This document shows, one piece after another, positions 9,563-17,998 of a stretch of 46,876 nucleotides of DNA. The stretch covers positions 1 through 46,876 of the forward strand of contig CALMQK010000294.1 in NCBI GenBank assembly GCA_937872085.1. The letters are read 5' to 3'. Source of the DNA: an uncultured euryarchaeote. Its GTDB lineage: Archaea > Thermoplasmatota > Thermoplasmata > UBA10834. The position numbers were made by a program, and so were the translations under genes. Within the stretch, counting starts at the first letter, position 1, and each line of letters starts with the position of its first letter. The notes under the pieces are model-generated. The model was not told where the DNA came from. It did no database searches and worked only from the letters and a program-made list of their open reading frames with translations.

Positions 9563-9631
9563 CCTTTGTGCCTGATAAATAGCAGTCACAGCAGATGGCG
9601 GAGAAGGAAAGAGGTTCGATCGGACCAGAAT

Positions 9632-10105
9632 CTACAGCTTCCTGCGGACCATCATCAATCCGAGCGCAATCACGAGCATTCCTACGACAACGACGAAGGA
9701 ACTCGAGAACTCAGGCACTGCGGTCGACACGATTATCGCACCCCACATGCTGTTATGAAGCCCGAAGTGGAACGAGCAGATGTATGTGTAGTTCCCAGGT
9801 GTCATAGGCATGACAGTCGCAGCGGAGTCCAGGCCAGAAGTCACTGTGACCTCGAGCCAGGCGGTAGTGTTGGATGTGGCTGTGTGAGGAGCTATTCCGG
9901 AATTGTGCCATGTGACAGTGTCTCCTGGAGCTACTGTCGTGAACTGTGGAAGGAAGTAGTACTCATGCATTTCGACGACATGGTTCGTCACGGCCCTGGC
10001 CGGCATCAAGGGAGCTAGCACGGCGATGCCGATTACGATTGCCAGGATGATCAGTACCACCGCTGACACCAACTCTCTTCGCGCACGCTCTGAGTACTTT
10101 TTCAT
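9632..10105 (-). CDS. Membrane-anchored type-1 copper (cupredoxin/plastocyanin-like) protein with a PEF-CTERM-like tail
   Basis: Candidate Cu ligands: H in HNSGIAPH, then C-x2-H-x6-M in YICSFHFGLHNSM. N-terminal signal/anchor helix. The C-terminus, PEF followed by a hydrophobic helix and RRK, is an archaeosortase-type sorting signal. Start set at ATG 10105 (MKKYSER...). Confidence 0.7.
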   Translation of the reverse strand: MKKYSERARRELVSAVVLIILAIVIGIAVLAPLMPARAVTNHVVEMHEYYFLPQFTTVAPGDTVTWHNSGIAPHTATSNTTAWLEVTVTSGLDSAATVMPMTPGNYTYICSFHFGLHNSMWGAIIVSTAVPEFSSSFVVVVGMLVIALGLMMVRRKL

Positions 10106-10253
10106 TAGAGTCCTCCCAAGGACGGTCATCTGGACTTGTGGCAAGATTCGTGGCTTTGGTCATAACCCTGCCCCCGCACAGGTGCTGGTCGGACACGGAT
10201 AGGTTCATCCTGAGGCCTGTCATACACCCCTTGCCGCGTGGGGGCCTGAACGG

Positions 10254-11174
10254 TTGAAGATATCCAAGAAGACCGCGTATGGAATGATGGCATTCGCCGC
10301 GATCATGTGGGCCACCTCGGGCACTCTGACCATACTCGCCATCAACGAGGGGGCGGATGCCCTCCAGGTCACAGTGCTAACCTACCTGTTCTCGTCGGCC
10401 ATATTGCTGCCCGCGTTGGTCATCCTCGACCCGAAATCGCTGAGGGTTGAGAGGAAGGATTTCCTGCCACTGCTCGCATTCAGCATGGTGACGGGGACCT
10501 TCTTTTCGCTAGCCTGGTTCATCTGCGTCGAGCTCACCGGCGTTGCCACGGCGGTCACGCTTCTCTACGCCTACCCGAGCATAGTCACGATCGCCTCCAT
10601 ATTCCTCCTCGGGGAGAGACTGACTATGCAGAAGGCCTTGGCCTTGCCGCTCACGTTCGTCGGGGCAGTCCTTGTGGCCACTGCCGGCTTCAAGGAGGGA
10701 CTCTCTTTCAACCTGCTCGGAGTCGCATTGGGCATCTACACGGCCATCGCGGCGTCGGCGTACTACCTGTGGGGCAAGAAGTTCCTGGACCGGTACTCCG
10801 CCAACACGATCATACTCTACATGACCGTGCTCTCCGTCCCAGGTCTCCTGGCGATAGCCCTTCCATTTGCCCCGTTCAGCCGCCCAATAACAGGGGAGGC
10901 CTGGCTCTGGATATCCCTCCTTGCGCTCGTCCCGAGCACGATAGGCTTCGTCGTCTCAATGTTCGCGCTGAGGTACGTCGAGGCGAGCAAGGCGAGCATA
11001 GTCGCCAGCATCGAGCCGGTCGCGGCCGTCGTCATCGCATTCCTGGTCCTATCAGAGACGATCAACGAATGGCAGGGCATCGGCGTTGCGCTGGTGTTCG
11101 TCGGAGTGCTGCTCCTGCGCTTGAGGGCTCCGGGACCGCAAGACAGGCCGGAAGAGGTCGTGTTCGACCGCTGA
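10254..11174 (+). CDS. EamA/DMT-family transporter
   Basis: 10-TM profile made of two EamA-like halves. TTG start in the track; an ATG 9-10 codons downstream is also possible. Confidence 0.75.
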   Translation: MKISKKTAYGMMAFAAIMWATSGTLTILAINEGADALQVTVLTYLFSSAILLPALVILDPKSLRVERKDFLPLLAFSMVTGTFFSLAWFICVELTGVATAVTLLYAYPSIVTIASIFLLGERLTMQKALALPLTFVGAVLVATAGFKEGLSFNLLGVALGIYTAIAASAYYLWGKKFLDRYSANTIILYMTVLSVPGLLAIALPFAPFSRPITGEAWLWISLLALVPSTIGFVVSMFALRYVEASKASIVASIEPVAAVVIAFLVLSETINEWQGIGVALVFVGVLLLRLRAPGPQDRPEEVVFDR

Positions 11175-11184
11175 AGTCGAGCAC

Positions 11185-11979
11185 ATGAGTAAAGAGCTTA
11201 TATCGACTGGGCCAATCCCTCGATGCATGATAGTCGCCCGTACACCCAGCGGGATCCCTGGCCTGGACGCTTTGATCCAGGGCGGGATCCCAACCAACTC
11301 CACGATAGCCCTCCGGGCAGAACCATGCAACGCCACGGAGTATTTTCAGCAACAGTTCATCGCTGAGGGACTCAAGCAGGGTCATCCGGCGATATACTGC
11401 TGCCTTTCCAGGCCAGCGGCGACTGTGATCAACGGCCTCAAGCACCAGGGGTTCGACGTCCTGGAGCAGATCGCGAACGATCAGCTCGTGCTGCTGGATT
11501 GCTACTCGATGCATACAAGGACCTCGACGATGGGCGTGGATCAGGCGGTCCAGAAGAAGATCATCTCCGTGACGGACGTGGATGATGAGGGCAAGCTTCA
11601 GGACGGCCTGGCGACCGCCGTCGAGAGATTGAGCAACCTCAAGAGCCTGAGGACGGTCTGCGAGAACGTCGCTGGGACCCTGACCTCCAGGAGCGCGATC
11701 GAGGTGATGCGATGGGGAAGGAGGGCTTTCGCGGACCTGCGAGCGTTCGAGACGCTGAACCTCCACACGTTCCCATCAGGAGTGCGGGAAGACCTGTTCA
11801 ACGTGATGGCCCATGATTTCGATGCCGTGCTCGAGATCAAGGCGGACCAATCGTCCGAAAGGATCCGCTACTTCCTGAACATTTTGAAGATGCGCATGAC
11901 CGCGATCCCGCACAAGGTGTTCGAGCTGGATACGGATTCCAGACTCCTGTCTATAAGAACGGTCCAGAAGATCACTTGA
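11185..11979 (+). CDS. KaiC/RecA-superfamily ATPase-like protein with a degenerate Walker A motif
   Basis: SGIPGLDALIQGGIPTNSTIAL matches the KaiC/RadA-like N-terminal motif. Where GxxGxGKT is expected the sequence reads RAEPCNATEYF. Confidence 0.55.
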   Translation: MSKELISTGPIPRCMIVARTPSGIPGLDALIQGGIPTNSTIALRAEPCNATEYFQQQFIAEGLKQGHPAIYCCLSRPAATVINGLKHQGFDVLEQIANDQLVLLDCYSMHTRTSTMGVDQAVQKKIISVTDVDDEGKLQDGLATAVERLSNLKSLRTVCENVAGTLTSRSAIEVMRWGRRAFADLRAFETLNLHTFPSGVREDLFNVMAHDFDAVLEIKADQSSERIRYFLNILKMRMTAIPHKVFELDTDSRLLSIRTVQKIT

Positions 11980-11982
11980 TGC

Positions 11983-12342
11983 TCAGTCGCTCACCCAGTG
12001 GGAGACGAGATCGTCGCACTCGTGAGTCGGGATCGGGACGAGGTCCTCATCGACGCACCGGTCTATGTTGATCGTGTAGCTCATCTGGCCTCGGCCCTTG
12101 TCCACCTTGATCACCATTTCGTTATTGACGCGCTTGTATCTCAGCTTCAGCGGGCGCCCGCCTCTCATCTCGTACTCGGCCTCGTAGTGGCCGTCGACGC
12201 CATCGGACCTCTGAGAATCCAGCAGGAACTTCAGCGTGATTGGCTTCGCGCCGTGCTTCCTGACGAGTGACTCGTGGAACGCCACCACAAGTATGAGCTC
12301 CTTGTCTATCGGCAGGCCGGCTACCGGAGCTTTGACTTCCAT
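11983..12342 (-). CDS. Hypothetical protein (119 aa)
   Basis: Internal ATG of track ORF 11983-12657. The upstream part of that ORF overlaps the neighbouring membrane-protein gene and is Arg/His-rich. No recognisable motifs. Confidence 0.4.
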   Translation of the reverse strand: MEVKAPVAGLPIDKELILVVAFHESLVRKHGAKPITLKFLLDSQRSDGVDGHYEAEYEMRGGRPLKLRYKRVNNEMVIKVDKGRGQMSYTINIDRCVDEDLVPIPTHECDDLVSHWVSD

Positions 12343-12404
12343 CTTCGAACCCTCGATGTCGATATCAAGGAGGTCAACTGTTTTAAAGCTTTCCGGGCTG
12401 GCTC

Positions 12405-12920
12405 TCAGAAAAGTGTCAGACCAAAGTGGCGGAGCGCGATGAGGATGATCGACGCGCGAGTTGTCCCGGCCAGGACGTTCACGAGCGCGAACCAGCGCAG
12501 TCTCAGGAGCTTCCCCTCCTTGTTCAGCAAAGAGAAGATGTAGAGCGTGACCGTGTCCAGCATGAAGGGAATGACGAGAATGGCGAAGAGCGCGAAGTAC
12601 CCGTACCTCCGCACGAACGACTCGCTCTTGTCCAGGAGCCACTTGAACCAGCCCCACTTGCCGAACTGGAGGACGGCCTTCTCCACTTTGGCGCCGATGA
12701 AGAACACGGCAATCGCGCCGACCCCCTTCCCCAGGCCCACAGCCAACGCAGGTATGATGAACGGCATCTCCTCTGGTACCGCTACGAGGGCGGACTCCAC
12801 CGGGATCGGGAGGATGATGGCCGCGCCCATGGAGAACACGAATAGCGTCAGGAGGTAGGTCGCCGGATCTCCCGAGTGAGCGGTCAGGAAATCTGTCAGC
12901 TGGTCCCAGATGGAAGCCAT
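12405..12920 (-). CDS. YqaA/DedA-related small membrane protein
   Basis: Four to five hydrophobic helices. The LPIPVE ... GKGVGAIAVFFIG pattern resembles the YqaA (SNARE-associated/VTT-like) family. Confidence 0.55.
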   Translation of the reverse strand: MASIWDQLTDFLTAHSGDPATYLLTLFVFSMGAAIILPIPVESALVAVPEEMPFIIPALAVGLGKGVGAIAVFFIGAKVEKAVLQFGKWGWFKWLLDKSESFVRRYGYFALFAILVIPFMLDTVTLYIFSLLNKEGKLLRLRWFALVNVLAGTTRASIILIALRHFGLTLF

Positions 12921-13084
12921 ATTATCAAACGTCAGGGTCTTTTGTTACATCTAGATTGCTGTCGGATGCTTCTGTAACATCATCGGGCGCTGCTGTGGGA
13001 TGGCGTCACGCGCGCGTACGAGGACAGCGTTGAAAATGGGGGGAGCCAGAAAATTAGAAGACGATTCAAATAAATACCAAAGGC

Positions 13085-13091
13085 TTATATT
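13085..13091 (+). promoter_or_regulatory. Candidate TATA box for the 13126 gene
   Basis: TTATATT preceded by CCAAAGG (BRE-like). It ends 35 nt upstream of the ATG at 13126. Confidence 0.35.
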
Positions 13092-13125
13092 CGTGTAATC
13101 TCATCCCCTCTCACTGGGATGTACT

Positions 13126-13743
13126 ATGCCTAAGGCCGAAGGGAAGGACGATTCCGATTGGTTCACCCAGCTCGACGAGGAGCTGGAGAAGAAGACCGTG
13201 CAGATCACAGACAATCTAGCCGAGCAGAGTACGCAGAAGGATGTGATCAACAGGTCGCTTGTCGAGGACCTCTTCAGGATCTGGATCAGGTTCAACAAGA
13301 TCAACGTGCATTTCTCCATGGTCCCAGACCCACAGGCAGCAACGTTCCCAGCACAGTTCGTCGTCTTCCCCGAGCAATGGAGCTTCAAACCCGATTTCCC
13401 GTTCGGGGACCTGGACAATACCGCGCTCACGGACAGGACCCAGGGCAGGGTCGGAGACTCCCTCAAGGCCTGGTACTATAGCGTCGAGAGCCTGATGCAC
13501 TTCAGGATGGTATTCGAGTTCTGCGAGGGCGAGCACTACTACAAGTACGCAGGATGGAAGAGGATCTTCACCCAGTACGTGCTGCTAGACCTACCGGTGA
13601 CCAAGTTCGAGGAGAAGAAGTACCACGAGGTCCTCGGCGACGTGATCAAGGTCTGGTACGAATCGCACCTGAGGCGAGACCGCGAGATAGTCCTGAAGCA
13701 CATCAGGGAGAAATACGAGAAGGGCGAGACCTTCACGCAGTGA
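13126..13743 (+). CDS. Hypothetical cytoplasmic protein (205 aa), no family recognised
   Basis: Clean ATG ORF with genome-typical codon usage, an acidic coiled N-terminus and an aromatic-rich core (WYYSVESLMHFRMVFEFCEGEHYYKYAGW). Its own TATA lies upstream and a T6 run lies downstream. Confidence 0.6.
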   Translation: MPKAEGKDDSDWFTQLDEELEKKTVQITDNLAEQSTQKDVINRSLVEDLFRIWIRFNKINVHFSMVPDPQAATFPAQFVVFPEQWSFKPDFPFGDLDNTALTDRTQGRVGDSLKAWYYSVESLMHFRMVFEFCEGEHYYKYAGWKRIFTQYVLLDLPVTKFEEKKYHEVLGDVIKVWYESHLRRDREIVLKHIREKYEKGETFTQ

Positions 13744-13760
13744 GTGGCCAGTGGTTTTTT
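13744..13760 (+). terminator. Candidate oligo-T terminator
   Basis: A T6 run at 13755-13760 lies shortly after the stop codon, preceded by the self-complementary tggcca. It sits between convergent genes. Confidence 0.3.
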
Positions 13761-13777
13761 CGAGATGATCCCTCAGC

Positions 13778-14416
13778 TCAAGTCCTCTCGAGCTTGGTCA
13801 GCCACCGGCAGAGCGTGGCTCCCACGACAGATATGTCCTCGGTCGGGAGGATCTTGCCGGCGTTCGCATCGAAGAGGACATTCGCGGAAGTGGGGACCTC
13901 CTCGTCCCCCAGCCATATGACGACGACGACCGGCATCTTGGGGAAGAAATAGGTCTTGAAGCTCACATCCCCCATGTGCATGGGCTCTGCCCGGATCGCG
14001 TCACCGATCTGTCTCAGCACTTCGATCTTCTGACCGAAAGCGCGCGCCAGGAAATCGATGGTCCTTGTCCTGAATGCGCTGTAGTACTGCGCTCCCCCCA
14101 CGAACTCCCGGAAGGTCACGAGCTTGTTCGCGAGCTGCGCATTGCCGGAGCCCTCGAGATAGTGCTGAATCAGTATCCGAAGGTCGCCTCTCACCGGACC
14201 TTGGTCGCTGCGCACATAGGAGATCGTTCTCTCCTCGAGGTCGATGACGCAGTCCTTGTCAAGGACCCTTAGCACGATCTGCTTGGACCCCGGCCTGAGG
14301 CTTCCTCCGGAGTCTGCAGCCAGTCCGGCAAGATCTTTCTTCAATAACCCGGCCCAAGCCACGTCGGCTGCATCTTTGTGAGGATCTCTACCTTCAGGCA
14401 TCGAAGCCACCTTCAC
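13778..14416 (-). CDS. DUF3786-like protein (a family commonly linked to acs clusters)
   Basis: Patterns ILIQHYL, LVTFREFVGGAQYYSAF, VVVIWLGDEEVP and VLFDANA...PTEDI match my recollection of DUF3786. The GTG start overlaps the acsE stop (GTGA). Confidence 0.55.
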   Translation of the reverse strand: MKVASMPEGRDPHKDAADVAWAGLLKKDLAGLAADSGGSLRPGSKQIVLRVLDKDCVIDLEERTISYVRSDQGPVRGDLRILIQHYLEGSGNAQLANKLVTFREFVGGAQYYSAFRTRTIDFLARAFGQKIEVLRQIGDAIRAEPMHMGDVSFKTYFFPKMPVVVVIWLGDEEVPTSANVLFDANAGKILPTEDISVVGATLCRWLTKLERT

Positions 14417-15195
14417 GCCCTCAGGAATGAGTGAGCATATAGTTTCTGGTTGAGGAGGACGTCGGAGGCTTTCGCGATTTGCATCAAACCCTCGTCGTTC
14501 GGATCCACGATCGCAGCATCGACCCCTCTCCCGCGCAGCATCGCAAGGTAGGTCCTGTTCAGCAGGCTCTTCTCCTCAGCTCCGCTCGACACGTTGCTCA
14601 GGCCTACGAGCGTCTTCGGCGGCGGCGAGCTAAGCGCCCGGAGAGCGGTGATTGTCTCTAGCAAGACAGGGCATTGGTCCTGAGCAGCTGTGATGGGGAG
14701 CACGACGCCATCCAGGTAGATCTTCTCCTGGCTGATCCCCTGGTCCATGGCGGTGGTCAGGAGCATCATGGCCAACTCCGTCCTTCCCTCCACGGTATTT
14801 GGGATGCCCTTCTCGTTGATTGTCAGGCACACGATCTCGGCATTGTGCTCCTTGGCGAGCGGTAGGAATTTCTCCATCCGCTTCTGCTCGGCGGTCGTTG
14901 AATTGATGAGCGCCTCGTGCCTGCACTCCTTCAGCCCCGCCTGCTGTGCCTTGAAGCTGGGAGAGTCCAGCGACAACCGAGCGTCGACGCCATCCTGGAT
15001 CGTCCTCACCAGCCAGACCATGTCACCGGCCGGATCATCCCTGCCGGGCCCCGTGTTCACGTCGAGGAGGTCGGCGCCCGCGTCCAATTGCATCCTAGCG
15101 AGTTCCTGTATGAATTTCTCATTTCTCCCGTCGATGGCCTGCGCCACCTGCGGAAACTGGCCGTTGATCCTCTCTCCTATGACTATCGTTCGCAA
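14413..15195 (-). CDS. acsE: Methyltetrahydrofolate:corrinoid/iron-sulfur protein methyltransferase (pterin-binding TIM barrel)
   Basis: IGERING start, LDVNTGPG, and the GLSNVS pterin-binding barrel signature. TTG start directly preceded by GGGGGA. Confidence 0.85.
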   Translation of the reverse strand: MRTIVIGERINGQFPQVAQAIDGRNEKFIQELARMQLDAGADLLDVNTGPGRDDPAGDMVWLVRTIQDGVDARLSLDSPSFKAQQAGLKECRHEALINSTTAEQKRMEKFLPLAKEHNAEIVCLTINEKGIPNTVEGRTELAMMLLTTAMDQGISQEKIYLDGVVLPITAAQDQCPVLLETITALRALSSPPPKTLVGLSNVSSGAEEKSLLNRTYLAMLRGRGVDAAIVDPNDEGLMQIAKASDVLLNQKLYAHSFLRA

Positions 15196-15300
15196 TCCCC
15201 CTAAGGTGGTAAGGTACTCCCTTTCGAGTAATCAAATATTCCGCTGATTCCACTAGCCGAACGCCAAAACGACCATCCATGACAACACAACTGTTAAACA

Positions 15301-17244
15301 TTGACACGTTGTACTCTTCCGGGTTGGTGCCAGGTGGCTAGAGAAGCCAAGCGTAGGTTCAAAGTCACGTTCCCCTCGGACGAAGTGTCGGTCGAAGTTG
15401 CCGAGGGCACGACCCTGCTCGATGCTTGCAGGCTCGCGGAGATAGCCATCGATGCGGTATGCGGCGGAGAGGGCAAGTGCGGAAGGTGCAAGATGAGGCC
15501 GAATGGCTCCTTCAAAGCGACCCCTTCGTCGTTCATCACCGAGGCCGAGGCCTCGGAGGGCATCGTCCTCGGCTGCCAATGCTATGTTCACGGCGACCTC
15601 ACGGTGGAGATCCTGCCGCGCTCAAGGATAGGTAGGCACCAGATACTCACCAAGAGCGTCGCGGAGATACCACACCCGATCCAGCCTTGGGTCTACAAAC
15701 GATTCGTCGAGCTGCCACCGGCGACGATCAACGACAACATCGCCGACTTCGAACGGCTGACCCGGGGGCTCGGGACCATGGGCCTCTGTGCCCCGCTGGA
15801 GACGCTCAACGAGCTCTCGGGTGCGCTGAGGGCCAGCGGTTGGAAGGTCACCGCGACCATATCCAAGATCGAGCCCGTCAACGAGGTCACGCGGGTTGAG
15901 CCTCTCGACAGGGCTGGCACGCTCCTCGGCATCGCGGTCGACATAGGGACCACGACCATGGTAGTGGACCTCGTCGACCTGCACTTCGGAAGCGTCATCG
16001 CGACCGCATCGGACTACAACAGGCAGACTTCGCGAGGGGAGGATGTGATCTCTCGGATGATGTACGGCGAGGAGAAGGGTGGGGACGAACTCAGGGTCCT
16101 CGCCAGGGATACCATCAACGAGCTGATCTCGAGAGTCCTCAGATCGGCCACCATCAAGCTGGGCAAGCGACCCTCTGCGGGGGACGTGGTCGCGGCATCG
16201 ATAGCCGGTAACACGATCATGACCCACTTCTTCCTCGGGCTTGACACCAGACGGATCCGCCTGGAGCCCTATGTTCCCGTCGCATATCATATGCCCTGCC
16301 TGAAAGGGCGGGAGGTCGACCTTGGAATCAACCCGAGGGCGAGAGCGTTCATATTCCCATCGCGCGCGGGTTACGTGGGAGGGGATGTCATCGCGGACGT
16401 GCTCGCGAGCGGGATGCACAGGTCGAATGATCTCACGCTCCTGATCGATGTCGGTACCAACGGAGAGATAGTCCTCGGAGGAAAGGATTGGCTGGCATCT
16501 TGCTCCTGTTCCGCGGGACCCGCGTTCGAAGGGGGAGAGGTCTCGTGCGGCATGAGGGCCATGGAAGGCGCGATCGACAAGATCCGGATCAACGACGACC
16601 TTACATCATCATACCACGTGATCGGCGGGGCTCCCCCCGTCGGGATATGTGGCTCTGGTCTGATCGACCTCGTCGCGGAGATGTACGCATCCGGGATCAT
16701 AGACCGGAAGGCCAGGATCCAGGAGTCCGGGTCCAAGAGGACAAGAGCCTCCGAAAGCGGTCTCGAGTACGTCATCGAGACGAAGGGTAGATTGGGCAAG
16801 GGCGCTTCGGCGGACCTTGTCGTTACGGACGCGGACCTGCAGAACCTCCTGCGGACGAAAGCAGCGGTATTCGCCGCGTGCTCGACTCTTCTGAAGAAGA
16901 CAGACGAGTCGCTCGACGGGATGGCAGGCGTGGTCATCGCAGGTGGGTTCGGATTCCACATCGACATCGCCCGTGCGATATCGATCGGGATGTTCCCCGA
17001 CCTGCCCCAGGAGAAGTACAGGTTCATAGGCAACGGCTCGCTCGGGGGGGCGAGATTGGCCCTGATTTCGGCGAAAAGAAGGAGAGAGGTCGAGGACATA
17101 TTCGAGAAGATGACCTACTTCGAGCTGAGCGTCGATAACGACTTCTACAACGAATTCTCGTCGTCGCTGTTCATCCCTCACACGGACCTGAGCAGGTTCC
17201 CGAGCGTCGCAAGGAACAGGGCTGGCAGGAGGGGGGCGAGATGA
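15301..17244 (+). CDS. Reductive activator of the corrinoid Fe-S protein (RACo/AcsV-like): 2Fe-2S ferredoxin domain plus ASKHA ATPase domain
   Basis: CGGEGKCGRCK plant-type 2Fe-2S motif, then actin-like ATPase motifs (AVDIGTTT, IDVGTNGE, GICGSG). Start is uncertain: TTG at 15301 or in-frame GTG at 15334. Confidence 0.85.
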   Translation: MTRCTLPGWCQVAREAKRRFKVTFPSDEVSVEVAEGTTLLDACRLAEIAIDAVCGGEGKCGRCKMRPNGSFKATPSSFITEAEASEGIVLGCQCYVHGDLTVEILPRSRIGRHQILTKSVAEIPHPIQPWVYKRFVELPPATINDNIADFERLTRGLGTMGLCAPLETLNELSGALRASGWKVTATISKIEPVNEVTRVEPLDRAGTLLGIAVDIGTTTMVVDLVDLHFGSVIATASDYNRQTSRGEDVISRMMYGEEKGGDELRVLARDTINELISRVLRSATIKLGKRPSAGDVVAASIAGNTIMTHFFLGLDTRRIRLEPYVPVAYHMPCLKGREVDLGINPRARAFIFPSRAGYVGGDVIADVLASGMHRSNDLTLLIDVGTNGEIVLGGKDWLASCSCSAGPAFEGGEVSCGMRAMEGAIDKIRINDDLTSSYHVIGGAPPVGICGSGLIDLVAEMYASGIIDRKARIQESGSKRTRASESGLEYVIETKGRLGKGASADLVVTDADLQNLLRTKAAVFAACSTLLKKTDESLDGMAGVVIAGGFGFHIDIARAISIGMFPDLPQEKYRFIGNGSLGGARLALISAKRRREVEDIFEKMTYFELSVDNDFYNEFSSSLFIPHTDLSRFPSVARNRAGRRGAR

Positions 17245-17996
17245 CCTACGTGATCGCGGTCGCCGGAAAGGGTGGAGTGGGCAAGACGACCTTCGCGGCC
17301 TTGGCGGTCCGCCATCTGTGCGATGCGACCGGGGACGTCGTGCTCGCAGTGGATGCGGACCCGAACTCCAACCTGGGAGAGAAGCTCGGGACACCCCCTG
17401 GAAGGACCTTGGGAGATATCAGGGAGGAGATGCTGGTCAACGGAGACGAGCTGCCCAAGGGCGTGTCGAAGCAGGAACACATCGACTACCAGATCAGGCT
17501 CGCGCTGAAGGAAGGGCACGAGTTCGACCTCCTCACGATGGGGAGGCAGGAGGGGCCGGGCTGCTATTGCTACGTCAACAACATGCTGAGGACCATCGTG
17601 GATTCGTTGGCGGACAGATACAAGTACGTGGTGATAGACAACGAGGCTGGCATGGAGCACCTGAGCAGGAGGACGACGAAGAGATCCGATGTCCTCTTCG
17701 TCCTCCACGACGGGTCGAAGGCATCACTCGAAGCCTCCCGGAGGATCTCGGCCCTCGCCGACGAGATGAAGATCAAGATCGGTCGAAAGGCGCTCGTATG
17801 CAATCTCCTGAGCTCCGGTTCGGAGGCCCTCTCGATCCCCGAGCTTCCAGGCTTCGATGCGGCCTACGGAATCAGGAGATCGAGCAAGATACAGGCCAAG
17901 ATGGTCGAGATGGAATCCCTCATGGACATCCCGAAGACCGACCCAGCGTTCTCGGACGTGGCCAGAGTCGTGGATGCGGAGCGGAAGAGGAACTGA
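17241..17996 (+). CDS. CooC/AcsF-type Ni-insertion NTPase
   Basis: Deviant Walker A GKGGVGKT at the N-terminus and the CXC metal-binding motif (GPGCYCYV). The ATG overlaps the RACo stop (ATGA). Confidence 0.85.
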   Translation: MTYVIAVAGKGGVGKTTFAALAVRHLCDATGDVVLAVDADPNSNLGEKLGTPPGRTLGDIREEMLVNGDELPKGVSKQEHIDYQIRLALKEGHEFDLLTMGRQEGPGCYCYVNNMLRTIVDSLADRYKYVVIDNEAGMEHLSRRTTKRSDVLFVLHDGSKASLEASRRISALADEMKIKIGRKALVCNLLSSGSEALSIPELPGFDAAYGIRRSSKIQAKMVEMESLMDIPKTDPAFSDVARVVDAERKRN

Positions 17997-17998
17997 GC

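Noticed and set aside
11983-12657. Full 224-aa version of the minus-strand ORF
   Set aside because: Its upstream 105 codons overlap the YqaA-like membrane-protein gene in another frame and are Arg/His/Ala-rich. Only the distal 119 codons (from ATG 12342) are kept, and those with low confidence.
12943-12979. Inverted repeat tgttaca...tgtaaca (7 bp arms, 23-nt spacer) in the divergent spacer at 12921-13125
   Set aside because: It is short and has a long loop. It is not positioned relative to a clear TATA or start and could arise by chance. It is noted but not called as an operator.
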